A stretch of DNA of 64,000 nt from Alphaproteobacteria bacterium (GTDB taxonomy: Bacteria; Pseudomonadota; Alphaproteobacteria; GCA-2731375). Of this stretch, positions 1 through 9,677 are shown piece after piece (the stretch's first letter is position 1; each line of letters starts with the position of its first letter). Position numbers and translations under genes: made by a program. Below the pieces are notes generated by a model, which was not told the DNA's origin, searched no databases, and saw nothing but the letters and a program-made list of their open reading frames with translations. The stretch is taken from the NCBI GenBank assembly GCA_965225945.1, contig CBDDBZ010000024.1:75672-139671 (forward strand), in the 5' to 3' direction.

Positions 1-933
1 CCGCCTCGGCTACCGCCGCGATCCCACCGATGCCGCGCGCTGGAGGCGTCCCGGATCCGTCGTCAGCATCAACGGCTTTATGTTCTACGAACATCTGCGC
101 GGCGAGGGCGGGGGCGGAGCGATCGACCTGGTAATCCATGCCTGCCGGTGCACCGTGCCCGAGGCCCTCGGCTTCTTCTCGAAACTGCCGTGCCGTGACC
201 GGTTCCCGGCCGATCGCCACCCGAAGCCGCCGTGCCCGGACCGCCACTGGCCCGCCATCCAGAGCTACCTCGTCGAGCAGCGCGGCCTCGCGGATGTGCT
301 CGTCGCCCTGTGCCGCGACCTCGGCTTGCTCTACGCCGACCGCCACGGCAACGCCGTGTTCGTCCGCCGAAACGCGGCCGGCGAGGCTCTCGGCGCCGAG
401 AGCGTCCCTGCCGCGGCGCCACGCCGCCTCGCGCCGACCGGCGCCGCCGCGCGCGGCGGCTTCTGGATGTCGTGGGAACCCGACTGGCCGAACTCCGTCA
501 TCCTCGCCAAGAACGCAATCGACGCCCTGTCGGTCCTCTCCCTCCACCTCGTCCCGGCCGGGCGCAAGGGATGCGCCGTGGTCTCAACCGGCGGCGCCAC
601 CGCAAGCCTCCCCGAATGGATCGAGGCCTGGAACCCCGGCCGGATCTTCTGCGCCTACGACGCCACCCGCCAGGGCGATGACGCCGCGGCACGGCTCATC
701 CGAAACGACAGCAGGGTCGTCCGCCTGCGCCCTGCCCTCGACGGCCTGGACTGGAACGACATGCTCATGCGCGACCGCGCCGGCGAACCGCTCCAGATCG
801 ATGACCGGCCCCTCGACTGAATAGCCACAGCGCGAAACAAAATCAGCCAAGCCCAAAAGCATCCCGTCAGCCAACCGCCACCGACCGCTCAAAAAGAGCA
901 CCATATAAGCGCACCCTGGAACCACCGCTAACA
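1..933. mobile_element. Right end of a putative TGT-ended transposon carrying the toprim-like gene
   Basis: ...ACCGCTAACA ends at 933 (TGTTAGCG on minus), exactly where the class C intron RT ORF breaks off after VVSSANLS. Confidence 0.45.
2..820 (+). CDS. DUF3991/Toprim-like (primase-related) protein, 5' end outside window
   Basis: Frame is open from the window edge. Motifs GGGAIDLV, YL...RGL, NAIDALS and CAYDATRQGD...DWND match toprim-like domains. Confidence 0.7.
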   Translation, partial: RLGYRRDPTDAARWRRPGSVVSINGFMFYEHLRGEGGGGAIDLVIHACRCTVPEALGFFSKLPCRDRFPADRHPKPPCPDRHWPAIQSYLVEQRGLADVLVALCRDLGLLYADRHGNAVFVRRNAAGEALGAESVPAAAPRRLAPTGAAARGGFWMSWEPDWPNSVILAKNAIDALSVLSLHLVPAGRKGCAVVSTGGATASLPEWIEAWNPGRIFCAYDATRQGDDAAARLIRNDSRVVRLRPALDGLDWNDMLMRDRAGEPLQIDDRPLD

Positions 934-1552
934 GGCTCAGGTTGGCTGAACTCACCACCCGTTCCATCAGGTCTTGCGTCAAGGCTCGTTGCTGTTCCAA
1001 CGCCGTGACCGCTTGTGGCTCCTCGCAGGGTCCAGTTCCGGTTCCGCCGTCACCGGAGGCCTCGGGGCGCAGCGTCTTCATCAGGGCCTCGTCAAAAAGG
1101 TCCAGTTGATAAACACCGCCTTGCCGCCGCTCCACGCTCATCGAGTTGATCCAGACTGCTCCTTGCTACTCGGATTCGGCCCTTCGGCGCCTCTCGGCCC
1201 CTACTATGGCCTCGGCTGACTTCTCCACCGCCATCGCTCCCCGTCGCCGGTTCGCTACTCGGATCGCCCGAGAGCGCTGGAGATCTCCCTGGGTAAGACG
1301 CTGATCTTTCCTCCGGTCGCGGCCGGATTTACCAATGCGACGTCCGAACGACTATCGGGCCTCGCCATCCATTGCTGGCTTACCCCATCGCACCGGCCTG
1401 ATATCCGGTTTCTGTTCGTCCGCTCCAGATTTTGCCTCCCGCTTCCTCCCCACCCCGCCTCGCGGCGACGCAGTTGCCTTCAGCTATCGGTTCCGGTCGT
1501 TACGGCCCGTAGAGAACTTCCATCTCCTAGATCAGCGCCATGCCAGGCACAC
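934..1552 (-). mobile_element. Class C (IIC) group II intron, 5' part, truncated at ~934
   Basis: 5' end GTGTGCCTGGCATGG at 1552, directly after a terminator T-tract. IEP N-terminus from 1141 (LMERVVSSANL). Confidence 0.85.
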
Positions 1553-1586
1553 AAAAAAGAGCCGGGGGCCAGAGGCACCCCGGCTC
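1553..1586 (-). terminator. Rho-independent terminator of the TRAP SBP gene and IIC intron target
   Basis: GAGCCGGGG-TGCCTCTGGC-CCCCGGCTC stem-loop followed by TTTTTT on minus. Confidence 0.9.
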
Positions 1587-1608
1587 GAATAAAGTGCTTC
1601 GATCGGGA

Positions 1609-2670
1609 TCAGTCGACGTAAGCCAAGTCACCCCAAACCTTCCAGTCGGCGCGAAACTTGCTGTAGGAATCCCAGACCATGGCGAAGTCCTTGTCGTTCT
1701 TGTACTCTTCCGCGGCCAGTTCCTCCCAGGCCGCCCGCAACCGCCCGAGCGCTTTGTCGGACCAGCGATGCACCTTCACGCCCTTCGCCTGCATCCGTTT
1801 GATGGCCGGGAACTGGAACGCCTCGGACTCGGCGAGCGAGATGTAGTTGTTCAACTTGCAGGCCGCCTTAACTATCAGCTTGTGGTGGTCCGAAAGACCG
1901 TCCCAGGTCGGGCGATAGAACTCGATCGCCTGCAAGCTCGCCGGCTGGTGCCAGCCCGGGAAGTAATAGTGCTTGGCGATCTGATAGAAGCCGAAGTGCT
2001 CGTCCATCACCGGCATGGAGAACTCCGTGGCGTCGATCACGCCGCGCTCCAGGGCCGGATAGATGTCGCCGCCCGCCAAAAACTGCGGCGACACGCCGAA
2101 CTTCGTCAGCACCTTGCCGCCATAGCCGAAGAAGCGGATCTTCATCCCATTGAGCTCGTCCAGGGTCTTGATCTCCTTCTTGAACCAGCCCGCCGTCTCC
2201 GGCGCCAGGGTCGCACAGGGCGTTATCGCCTTGAGGTTATGGCGTTTGTAGAGTTTGTCGAGCAGCTCCTGGCCGCCGCCGAACTCGAACCATGCATAGT
2301 ACTCAGCGGCCCTTGGACCGAACGGCATCGAGGCGAAGAACGCCAGCGCCGGCAGCTTGCCGACGTGAATGCCGGGCGAGCCGAAGGCCACCTTTACCGA
2401 GCCGTTGGTGAGCGAGTCCCAGTAGTTGTAGGCGGGCACCAGCGCGCCGGGCTCGAAATGCTGCAGAACGAGCGTGCCCTGCGACAGCTCGGTCGTCCAA
2501 TCGGCGATGCGTTTGGCGCTCTCGCCGAGGATCACCATCGATCCCGGCCAAGCCGCGTGCATCTTGAGCTTCACCTTCTTCTGCGCCCCGGCCGAAGTGG
2601 CGATCACACCCGTCATGGCGACCGCGACCGCGATCCCCAATGGTATTTTGAGCAAACGTGACAGGGTCAT
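1609..2670 (-). CDS. TRAP transporter substrate-binding protein (DctP/TakP-like)
   Basis: Signal peptide; motifs GWFKKEI, DIYPALERGVIDATEF, YYFPGWHQP; GGAGAA RBS. Confidence 0.9.
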   Translation of the reverse strand: MTLSRLLKIPLGIAVAVAMTGVIATSAGAQKKVKLKMHAAWPGSMVILGESAKRIADWTTELSQGTLVLQHFEPGALVPAYNYWDSLTNGSVKVAFGSPGIHVGKLPALAFFASMPFGPRAAEYYAWFEFGGGQELLDKLYKRHNLKAITPCATLAPETAGWFKKEIKTLDELNGMKIRFFGYGGKVLTKFGVSPQFLAGGDIYPALERGVIDATEFSMPVMDEHFGFYQIAKHYYFPGWHQPASLQAIEFYRPTWDGLSDHHKLIVKAACKLNNYISLAESEAFQFPAIKRMQAKGVKVHRWSDKALGRLRAAWEELAAEEYKNDKDFAMVWDSYSKFRADWKVWGDLAYVD

Positions 2671-2774
2671 TTCTCCCCTCCCTCCCAATATAGGTCGAAC
2701 TTTCAGGCTGACGAAAGCTCTGCTCGCGTCATCCAAAACAACGCTGCGAAGCAGGTATCGGTTGCAAAAATTTT

Positions 2775-3793
2775 GGCTCAATTCGTGAATTGTATGCATT
2801 AGTGATAGAGTGCCTGGAACGTCAGGAGGTTGGGTTATGGACGGCAAGGGTTTCCAGGTGTGGCTTTCGGCGGCGCGCGGGCTGACGCGCGCGCAGCGGC
2901 GCGAGGCGCTCGCGGTGCTGTCGGGCCGGAGCGAGGGCGAGGCATCGAAGGCCGCGATCGAGCTTGGTGTGGACGAGGCCCGGCGCTGTCCGCACTGCGC
3001 GAGCGAAGGGGCGGTTTCGCGCGGTATGGCGCGGGGTCTGCGGCGCTACCAGTGCAAGGGCTGCGGCAGGACCTTCAACGCGCTGAGCGGTACGCCGCTG
3101 TCGGGCTTGCACCACAAGGAACGCTGGCTGTCGTTCGGGGCGTCGCTGGCGAAGGGGGAGACGGTGAAGGCGTCGGCGGCGCGCTGCGACGTGGCGGTGA
3201 GCACGGCGTTCCGCTGGCGTCACCGGTTTCTGGCGGCGGCGCGGAGCGATTCGGAGGTGCTCAAGGGGATCGTGGAAGCGGACGAGACCTACGTCCTGGA
3301 GAGCCGGAAGGGCGCGCGCGGGCTGGGGCGCAAGGCACGGCGGCGGGGCGGCAAGGCGAAGAAGCGCGGCCTCTCGCGCGAGCAGGTACCGGTTCTCATG
3401 GCGGCGGACCAGAGCGGAACGACGGTCAGCGCGGTGCTGCCCAGGGTCGATGCGGCGGCGCTCACGGCTGCCCTCGACCCGGTGGTCGCGAAGGACGCCC
3501 TGCTGGTCTCCGACGGCGGCGCGAGCTACCCACCGTGCGCCGCCGCGCTCGGGGTGAGCCACGAAGCACTCAACCGCTCGATGAACGTTCGGGGCGATCT
3601 GCATGTGCAGACGGTGAACAGCCGCCACAGCCGGTTGAAGGACTTCCTGCGTCCCCGCCGCGGCATCGCCACCCGCTATCTGGACAACTACCTGAGCTGG
3701 TTCCACCTCGTCGGCCTCGCCCCCGGCGCCAATGACCGAGCCTGCCTCGCCGCCGCCGTAACAAGGTGACGCATACAATTCACGAATTGAGCC
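2775..3793 (+). mobile_element. IS1595-family element
   Basis: 23-bp perfect IRs GGCTCAATTCGTGAATTGTATGC. 8-bp TSD AAAATTTT at 2767-2774 and 3794-3801. Confidence 0.95.
2837..3769 (+). CDS. IS1595-family transposase
   Basis: CPHC...CKGC zinc ribbon; EADETY, SDG, VNSRHSRLK. Confidence 0.9.
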   Translation: MDGKGFQVWLSAARGLTRAQRREALAVLSGRSEGEASKAAIELGVDEARRCPHCASEGAVSRGMARGLRRYQCKGCGRTFNALSGTPLSGLHHKERWLSFGASLAKGETVKASAARCDVAVSTAFRWRHRFLAAARSDSEVLKGIVEADETYVLESRKGARGLGRKARRRGGKAKKRGLSREQVPVLMAADQSGTTVSAVLPRVDAAALTAALDPVVAKDALLVSDGGASYPPCAAALGVSHEALNRSMNVRGDLHVQTVNSRHSRLKDFLRPRRGIATRYLDNYLSWFHLVGLAPGANDRACLAAAVTR

Positions 3794-3961
3794 AAAATTT
3801 TTCGCAGCGACGCCCATAGCAAAGTCGATGAATTCCCCGGAGTCAAGCCCGCCTCTCCGAGCGCCCAAAGGGGACCAAAGCAAAAGCGGTAGCCATGGAG
3901 ATTGCGGTGGGCCGCGGAAATCGGCGAGCGAATTCCGGATCGACCGGCCGGTGGAATGAAT

Positions 3962-4396
3962 TCAGCCCTCGACCTGCCGCTTGAGGCCCCGGTTCATCAA
4001 ATGGAACGCCTCGGTCATGAGCTCGTGGTCGTCGTTGTATTTCTCTTCGGCCAGCGTCCCAGTGAATATCTCCCGGTGGATGAAGGTAGCTCCGCCATCC
4101 GACGCCGGTTCGATCTCGAATATGTGCTCGCCCTGCAGTTCCGAGCGGTTTTCGCCGCCCTTCCACGAGAGACGCTCGTTTGGCCGGACGATGTCGAGAT
4201 CGGCGTCGAACTCCGCGTCCGTCCCATCCGGCATCTTCACGTTTACATGGAGCACCCGGCCCACCACGGGCGCGCCTTCGATACGCACGATGTAGGGGTT
4301 CCAGTCCCCCCAGCCGGCGACGTCCGAAAGCACGGCCCAGACCGCCTCCGGCGGGGCGGCGATCTGGATGGCGGTCCTGATCTCGTTGGCGGACAT
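3962..4396 (-). CDS. SRPBCC/polyketide-cyclase family protein
   Basis: IAAPPEAVWAVLSD...WGDWNP; C-terminal MNRGLKRQVE. Confidence 0.85.
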   Translation of the reverse strand: MSANEIRTAIQIAAPPEAVWAVLSDVAGWGDWNPYIVRIEGAPVVGRVLHVNVKMPDGTDAEFDADLDIVRPNERLSWKGGENRSELQGEHIFEIEPASDGGATFIHREIFTGTLAEEKYNDDHELMTEAFHLMNRGLKRQVEG

Positions 4397-4448
4397 TTCC
4401 ACGACTCCCTCTCCCCGCAGCACTATCGGCACCTAACAGGCAGTTGAA

Positions 4449-4527
4449 CCGACATCCCCCCAGTGACTGTCGGTTCCGACCATCAAAGTAGCCATTCGGG
4501 CCCTCGATGGCAATTCCGAGGCCGATG
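4449..4527 (-). mobile_element. IS1380-family right-end remnant
   Basis: About 80 bp highly similar to 17964-18041, ending GGGGATGTCGG on minus. Confidence 0.55.
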
Positions 4528-4612
4528 AGCAGCTTGAAGACCATGGCGAGCGCCGTCTTGCGGCCGAGGCAGCCCTTGGTCTTTTCGGTCCTGAGTCGCA
4601 GCGTGGGAAAAG
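4528..4612 (-). pseudogene. IS256-family transposase C-terminal fragment
   Basis: TLRLRTEKTKGCLGRKTALAMVFKL resembles the IS256 transposase C-terminus. Confidence 0.6.
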
Positions 4613-4661
4613 GCGCAGCGTGGGAAAAGATCGCGGTAGGGACATGAGTTACCCCACGCCC

Positions 4662-5315
4662 TTCGCCGTAGGGACGCGGGTTACCCCGCGCCCCCGGCAC
4701 AAAACCCGGCGTGCGGAACTACCGCACCGGGCTTCCACCTCGGATGTTTGACGGCAAAGCAACTTGCCGTACACGCTCCAGCCCCTGGGTCACGCTTACC
4801 CGGCTCGGTGTCCGGTACGTATCGGGTTGAACCATGTTCTCCTCGGCGCCTCCCCTTGGCTCCACCAACTCCGCCGTCGATTGTTCGACTTTGTTCGCCG
4901 GCTTCACGGCTACTATGGGAGGCTCAGACTTCTGGCGGCCGTTCATCGCCGGCGACGCCCCCTTGGGGCTTCCCAGCACGACCCGAGCCCACCAAGCGGT
5001 CTCGGGTAGCCACCAGATCTCCCGGTTCCCTGACAAAGTGCGTATGCGCATGCCTGGGGTCTTGGACCACGCCGGGCCGGCAAACCGCTCGCGCTAACGC
5101 GGTGCGCCATGTTGTCTTCCCCATAACGGGAGAGGGTCGACACCCGGGACGACAGCTGTTTCACGGCTCGATATCCCAGCCTACGCACACCCCTACCGAC
5201 GCTTCGCCGACACCCTCGCGGATGCCAACGCACGGCTCGGAGGCCGATGTGGTTCGCTACTCCTTCATCGCAGAGGACTTGCACCTCCAACACCTTGCCG
5301 GTTTTTCCGGCGCAC
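4662..5315 (-). ncRNA. ORF-less (internally deleted) group II intron B, 654 nt
   Basis: 5' GTGCGCCGG at 5315. RT start (MNGRQKSE...GLERVRQVA) is fused directly to the RT end, D5 GAAGCCCGGTGCGGTAGTTCCGCACGCCGGG and D6 ending CCTACGGCGAA. Confidence 0.85.
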
Positions 5316-5321
5316 CCCGCA

Positions 5322-7240
5322 GTTACGGTAGGAATGCGCATTGCTGCGCACCCCCCGCGCAGATCCGGACGTGGTCGTTGAACCATCCGGCTCCTACCTC
5401 GGGTGCTTGACGGCAAACCGCTGGTCCGGCCATGGGTGGCGGATGGAGGCGCGTGGCCACAGGATTTCGGTCATGCGCTCCAGTCGCTTCCAACTAAATC
5501 GGGCTCGCTGGGACCGGCGGCGTAGCGCCCGCATCCACCGGCGTTGCAGCCTGCGGAGGAACGCACGGATGAACCGGCCTGACCCTGGGACGGCAAAGTA
5601 GTTGAGCCAGCCATTGCAGACTCGCCCCAGCCACCTACCAACTTCCCAGATGTCGTGGTGCCAGCGCTTGCGGAGCACCTCGTCGATGCGCGCCAGGGTC
5701 CTGTTGACCCGTTTGGCGACCGGTTTGCGACCAAGCCGAAAGCGTCCTCTCAGGGTCGTCGTGCAATAGTGCGTGAGGCCCAGAAAGTCGAAAGTCTCCG
5801 GCTTGCCCACCCCGCGCTGGCGCCGGTTCAAATCCGCGAACCGGCCAAACTCCACGAGGCGGGTCTTGTCCTGGTGGAGGCTGAGACCGAACCGGGCCAG
5901 CCTCTCCCGAACGTCGCGGAGGTACCGCTCCGCATCCCGCTTGTGTTGGAACCCGACAACGATATCGTCAGCGTAACGGACGATGATCGCTTCGCCATCC
6001 GGGACGTTCGGGCGCCATTTCTTGTGGAACCACAAGTCGAGCACGTAATGCAGGAACACGTTCGCCAAGACGGGGGAGACTATTGCCCCCTGCGGCGTGC
6101 CCATACCCGTATCTGCCCATGACCCACTCTCTATGACGCCGGCGTTCAGCCATTTCCGGATCAGACGGATGACCCGCCTGTCTCCGATGCGGTGCTCTAG
6201 GAACGTGATCAACCAATCCCGCGGGATCGTGTCGAAGTACGCCCGGAGGTCTGCATCGACTATCCAGCTGACCTTGCGCCGTTCTATCCCGAAGGCCAGG
6301 GCATCGAGCGCATCGTGCGCCCCCCGCCCCGGTCGGAACCCGTAGCTGAAGCCAAGAAACACCACCTCGTAGATCGGTGTCAGGATCACATCCACAACCG
6401 CCTTCTGGACGACCTTGTCCTCCAGCGCCGCGATCCCGAGCGGTCGTGTCCCCCCGTCCGGCTTGGGTATCTCTACCCGCCGAACCGGCGGCGCCCGGTA
6501 CGCTCCCCCTCTGTGCAGGCGCCGGTGCAGGTCGAGCAGGCGCTCATCCAGACCCTCGCCGTACATGTCCCACGTAACGCCGTCGACACCGGCTGCTGCG
6601 TCCTTCTTCAATGCGAAGTAGGCCGCACCGAGCGCGTCCGGCGTAATGTGGTGGAAGAGCGCAGTGAGACGTTCCTTCGGGTTTCTCTCTGCAGCTTTCC
6701 GTATCCGGGCCGCCGCCTGTGGCACGCTTACCCGACACTGTGTTCGGCGCGTGCTTTGGCAATCCGGATTCCCCTTGGTTGAGGCCCTTTCCTCCGGCGA
6801 CTCCGCAGAAGCTCGCGCTCCCTTGTTCGCCGCCCTCACAGGTCGTACGGCCTCATCCGACTTCTTCAAACCGTTCATCATAGGCTTCGGTTTTCTCCAT
6901 TCCCTACGCGGCCCCTTTACGACAACCGGGGCAGTTTGAAGACCTCCCAGGGTCCCAACAGAAGGCGTGCGAACGTGCATGGGTTCTCTGACACCGCGGG
7001 GCTCGCCGACATCTCACCAAAACGACGCCTGCGATATTGCCTTCGACCGATCTGAAAGCCTCGGCACCCCGGACCATCGCTTTTACGGTGCTCAATAGCC
7101 CTGCCCATCCATGCCGCTACCGACGCTTCGCCTGCCCCCTCACGGGAGCCAACGCACGGCTCGCGGAGAAACGTGGTTCGGTTACTCCTTCGTTCCGGGG
7201 GACTTGCACCCCCTACCTTCTGCCAGTTCGCCTGGCGCAC
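5322..7240 (-). mobile_element. Group II intron C (class E-like), apparently intact
   Basis: 5' GTGCGCCAGG at 7240; D5 GAGCCGGATGGTTCAACGACCACGTCCGGATC; 3' CCTACCGTAAC at 5322. Confidence 0.92.
5394..6881 (-). CDS. ltrA: Group II intron reverse transcriptase/maturase, no endonuclease domain
   Basis: IPKPDG..RPLGI, SYGFRPGR, GTPQG, RYADD, FDFLG. Confidence 0.95.
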   Translation of the reverse strand: MMNGLKKSDEAVRPVRAANKGARASAESPEERASTKGNPDCQSTRRTQCRVSVPQAAARIRKAAERNPKERLTALFHHITPDALGAAYFALKKDAAAGVDGVTWDMYGEGLDERLLDLHRRLHRGGAYRAPPVRRVEIPKPDGGTRPLGIAALEDKVVQKAVVDVILTPIYEVVFLGFSYGFRPGRGAHDALDALAFGIERRKVSWIVDADLRAYFDTIPRDWLITFLEHRIGDRRVIRLIRKWLNAGVIESGSWADTGMGTPQGAIVSPVLANVFLHYVLDLWFHKKWRPNVPDGEAIIVRYADDIVVGFQHKRDAERYLRDVRERLARFGLSLHQDKTRLVEFGRFADLNRRQRGVGKPETFDFLGLTHYCTTTLRGRFRLGRKPVAKRVNRTLARIDEVLRKRWHHDIWEVGRWLGRVCNGWLNYFAVPGSGRFIRAFLRRLQRRWMRALRRRSQRARFSWKRLERMTEILWPRASIRHPWPDQRFAVKHPR

Positions 7241-7543
7241 CAGATCCCGGCGTGCACTGCTAATGCACCGGGCTCCTGCCTCGGGTATTTGACGTAGAAG
7301 CGTTTCGACGGCCAGGGATGGAGGATCGTCACTGGCGGAAGCCAGCGCTCGACCAGCTTGGCAAAGACCTTCCAGGTCGTGCGGTCGTTCTGGCTGCGGC
7401 GCCGGAGCGCTTTCAGCCATAGAACGAAACCGCTTTCAGCGGTAGTTCGTGGTGCCGGGCGGTGAGGTCGGTGGCGTAACGGATGGGTCGATCCTGTGTT
7501 GAGGTTTGGAGTTCCGAAGCTCACGCAACACGGGAGCAGACCC

Positions 7544-8449
7544 ATGACCGATAGTGACAAGACCATCAGCCCGCTGCGCCAGCGCATGATCGACGACATG
7601 GTGCTTCGCGGCTTCAGTGCCAACACGCAGCGCGGCTACATCAGTGCGGTGGCCGGCTTTTCCGACTTTCTCGCACGCTCTCCGGATCGGGCGGAGGCGG
7701 AGGATCTCAGGCGCTATCAAGTGCATATGCGCAAAGCAGGCGCATCGGCGACGACGATGAACGCGGCGGTCTCGGCATTGCGGTTCTTCTTCGGCGTCAC
7801 GCTCGGCCGAGGCGACGCCGAGATCGGCATGACGACGGTGGCAATGCCGCGCAAGCTGCCGGTGATCCTGAGCGTCGAGGAAATGGCGCGGCTTCTCGAT
7901 GCCGCCCCCGGTCCCAAATACAAGGCGGCCTTTTCGCTGGCCTATGGCGCCGGCCTGCGCGCTTCGGAGGTGGTCCATCTCAAGGTCCCGGACATCGACA
8001 GCAACCGCAAGACGCTTCGCATCGAGCAAGGTAAGGGCCGCCGAGATCGCTACGCCATGCTCTCGGATCGCGCCGTCGAGCAGCTCAGGGTCTGGTGGTT
8101 GCTTGGCCGCGCCCGCGGCGTGATGCTGCCCGGCGGTTGGCTGTTTCCAGGCCAGAACCCGGTCAACCCGTTGACCACCCGCCAGCTCCGTCGCGCCCTC
8201 GATGGCGCCAAGGCGGGGGCGGGGATCGAGAAGCGGATCTCGCTTCACACGCTGCGCCACTGCTTCGCCACCCATCTCCTCGAACAGGGCGTCGACATCC
8301 GCGTGATCCAGGTTCTACTGGGGCACAAGAAGCTGGAGACCACGGCTCACTACACCCAGGTCGCCAGCACCACCTTGCGGCGCGCCAAGAGCCCACTGGA
8401 CCTGCTCGAGCCGCCGACGCCCAAGACCAAGCGCAAGCCGCCGAAGTGA
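7544..8449 (+). CDS. Tyrosine recombinase/integrase of the IS91-like element
   Basis: GLRASE, GKG, HTLRHCFATHLLE, LLGHK...Y. Confidence 0.95.
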   Translation: MTDSDKTISPLRQRMIDDMVLRGFSANTQRGYISAVAGFSDFLARSPDRAEAEDLRRYQVHMRKAGASATTMNAAVSALRFFFGVTLGRGDAEIGMTTVAMPRKLPVILSVEEMARLLDAAPGPKYKAAFSLAYGAGLRASEVVHLKVPDIDSNRKTLRIEQGKGRRDRYAMLSDRAVEQLRVWWLLGRARGVMLPGGWLFPGQNPVNPLTTRQLRRALDGAKAGAGIEKRISLHTLRHCFATHLLEQGVDIRVIQVLLGHKKLETTAHYTQVASTTLRRAKSPLDLLEPPTPKTKRKPPK

Positions 8450-8462
8450 GCCGGCGGCCTCG

Positions 8463-9677
8463 GTGCCGCGTCCCGCGCTCGAGGTCCAGGACATCTTCCG
8501 CGACCACGGGCCCGGCTTCCGTCGGGCCCGGGCCGGTCGTCTGAGCCTCGGCCAACTGAAGGTCATGTCGGCGATCGAGTGTTGCCGCACCGCCGCGCTC
8601 GGCGGTCATGTCGCGGCCTGCGAGGACTGCGGGCAGAACCACATCGCCTACAATTCCTGTCGCAACCGCCATTGTCCCAAATGCCAAGGCCAGGTCGCGC
8701 GCGAATGGCTGGCGGCGCGAGAGGCCGAACTGCTCTCCGTCCCCTACTACCATCTCGTCTTCACCCTGCCAGCGGCGATCGCCGACATCGCCTATCAGAA
8801 CAAGTCGGTGATCTACGATATCCTGTTCAAGGCGAGCGCCGAGACCATGCTCACCATCGCCGCCGATCCCAAGCATCTCGGCGCCAAGATCGGCATCACC
8901 GCCGTGCTCCACACCTGGGGCTCGGCCATGACCCACCATCCCCACATCCACATGATCGTGCCGGGTGGCGGAATCTCACCTGACGGTAGCAGTTGGATCT
9001 CTTGCCGGCCCGGCTTCTTCCTGCCCGTCCGCGTGCTCTCGCGCCTCTTCCGCCGCCTCTTCATCGAGAAGCTCCTCGCCGCCCACGAGGCAGGGCGCCT
9101 GAAGTTCTTCACCGACCACACCAGCCTCGCCGAGCCGGCGGCCTTCCGTGTCTTCCTCGCACCGATGCGCAAACAAGAATGGGTCGTCTACGCCAAGCCG
9201 CCCTTCGGCGGACCAGAGGCCGTGCTCGCCTATCTCTCCCGCTACACCCACCGTGTCGCCATCTCGAACAGCCGCCTGGTCAGCTGCGACAGCCAAGGCG
9301 TCATCTTCAAGTACAAGGACTACCGGCGCAAAGGACGCGAGCGCTACAAGACCTTGCCCCTGGCCGTGCCCGAGTTCATCCGCCGCTTCCTCCTCCATGT
9401 CCTGCCCTCGGGCTTTCACCGCATCCGCCATTACGGCCTCTTCGCCAACGGCGGTCGCACCCGCAACATCTCCCTTGCCCGCGAACTGCTTGCCATGCCG
9501 GCACCGGAGAGTGAGGCCGACGATGCCGCGAGTGACGATGATACCGAACCGCCGTCCCTCTCAGAGCCCTGCCCGCAGTGCGGCGGCCGTATGATCGTCA
9601 TCGAGCGCTTCGAGGCCGGCGCCCAACCACGCGCCCCGCCCCGTGCACGGCCCCTGGCCAGGGCCACGGCAGCATGA
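8463..9677 (+). CDS. IS91-family (Y2 HUH) transposase
   Basis: SCRNRHCPKC, HTWG, HPHIH, YLSRY. Confidence 0.95.
   Translation: MPRPALEVQDIFRDHGPGFRRARAGRLSLGQLKVMSAIECCRTAALGGHVAACEDCGQNHIAYNSCRNRHCPKCQGQVAREWLAAREAELLSVPYYHLVFTLPAAIADIAYQNKSVIYDILFKASAETMLTIAADPKHLGAKIGITAVLHTWGSAMTHHPHIHMIVPGGGISPDGSSWISCRPGFFLPVRVLSRLFRRLFIEKLLAAHEAGRLKFFTDHTSLAEPAAFRVFLAPMRKQEWVVYAKPPFGGPEAVLAYLSRYTHRVAISNSRLVSCDSQGVIFKYKDYRRKGRERYKTLPLAVPEFIRRFLLHVLPSGFHRIRHYGLFANGGRTRNISLARELLAMPAPESEADDAASDDDTEPPSLSEPCPQCGGRMIVIERFEAGAQPRAPPRARPLARATAA

Noticed and set aside
5394-6881. RT as retron, DGR or defence RT
   Set aside because: It is embedded in clear group II intron 5' and D5/D6 sequences, and no template/variable repeat pair was seen.
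7544-8449. Integron integrase
   Set aside because: No evident IntI-specific insertion or attC array, and it is paired with an IS91-like transposase.
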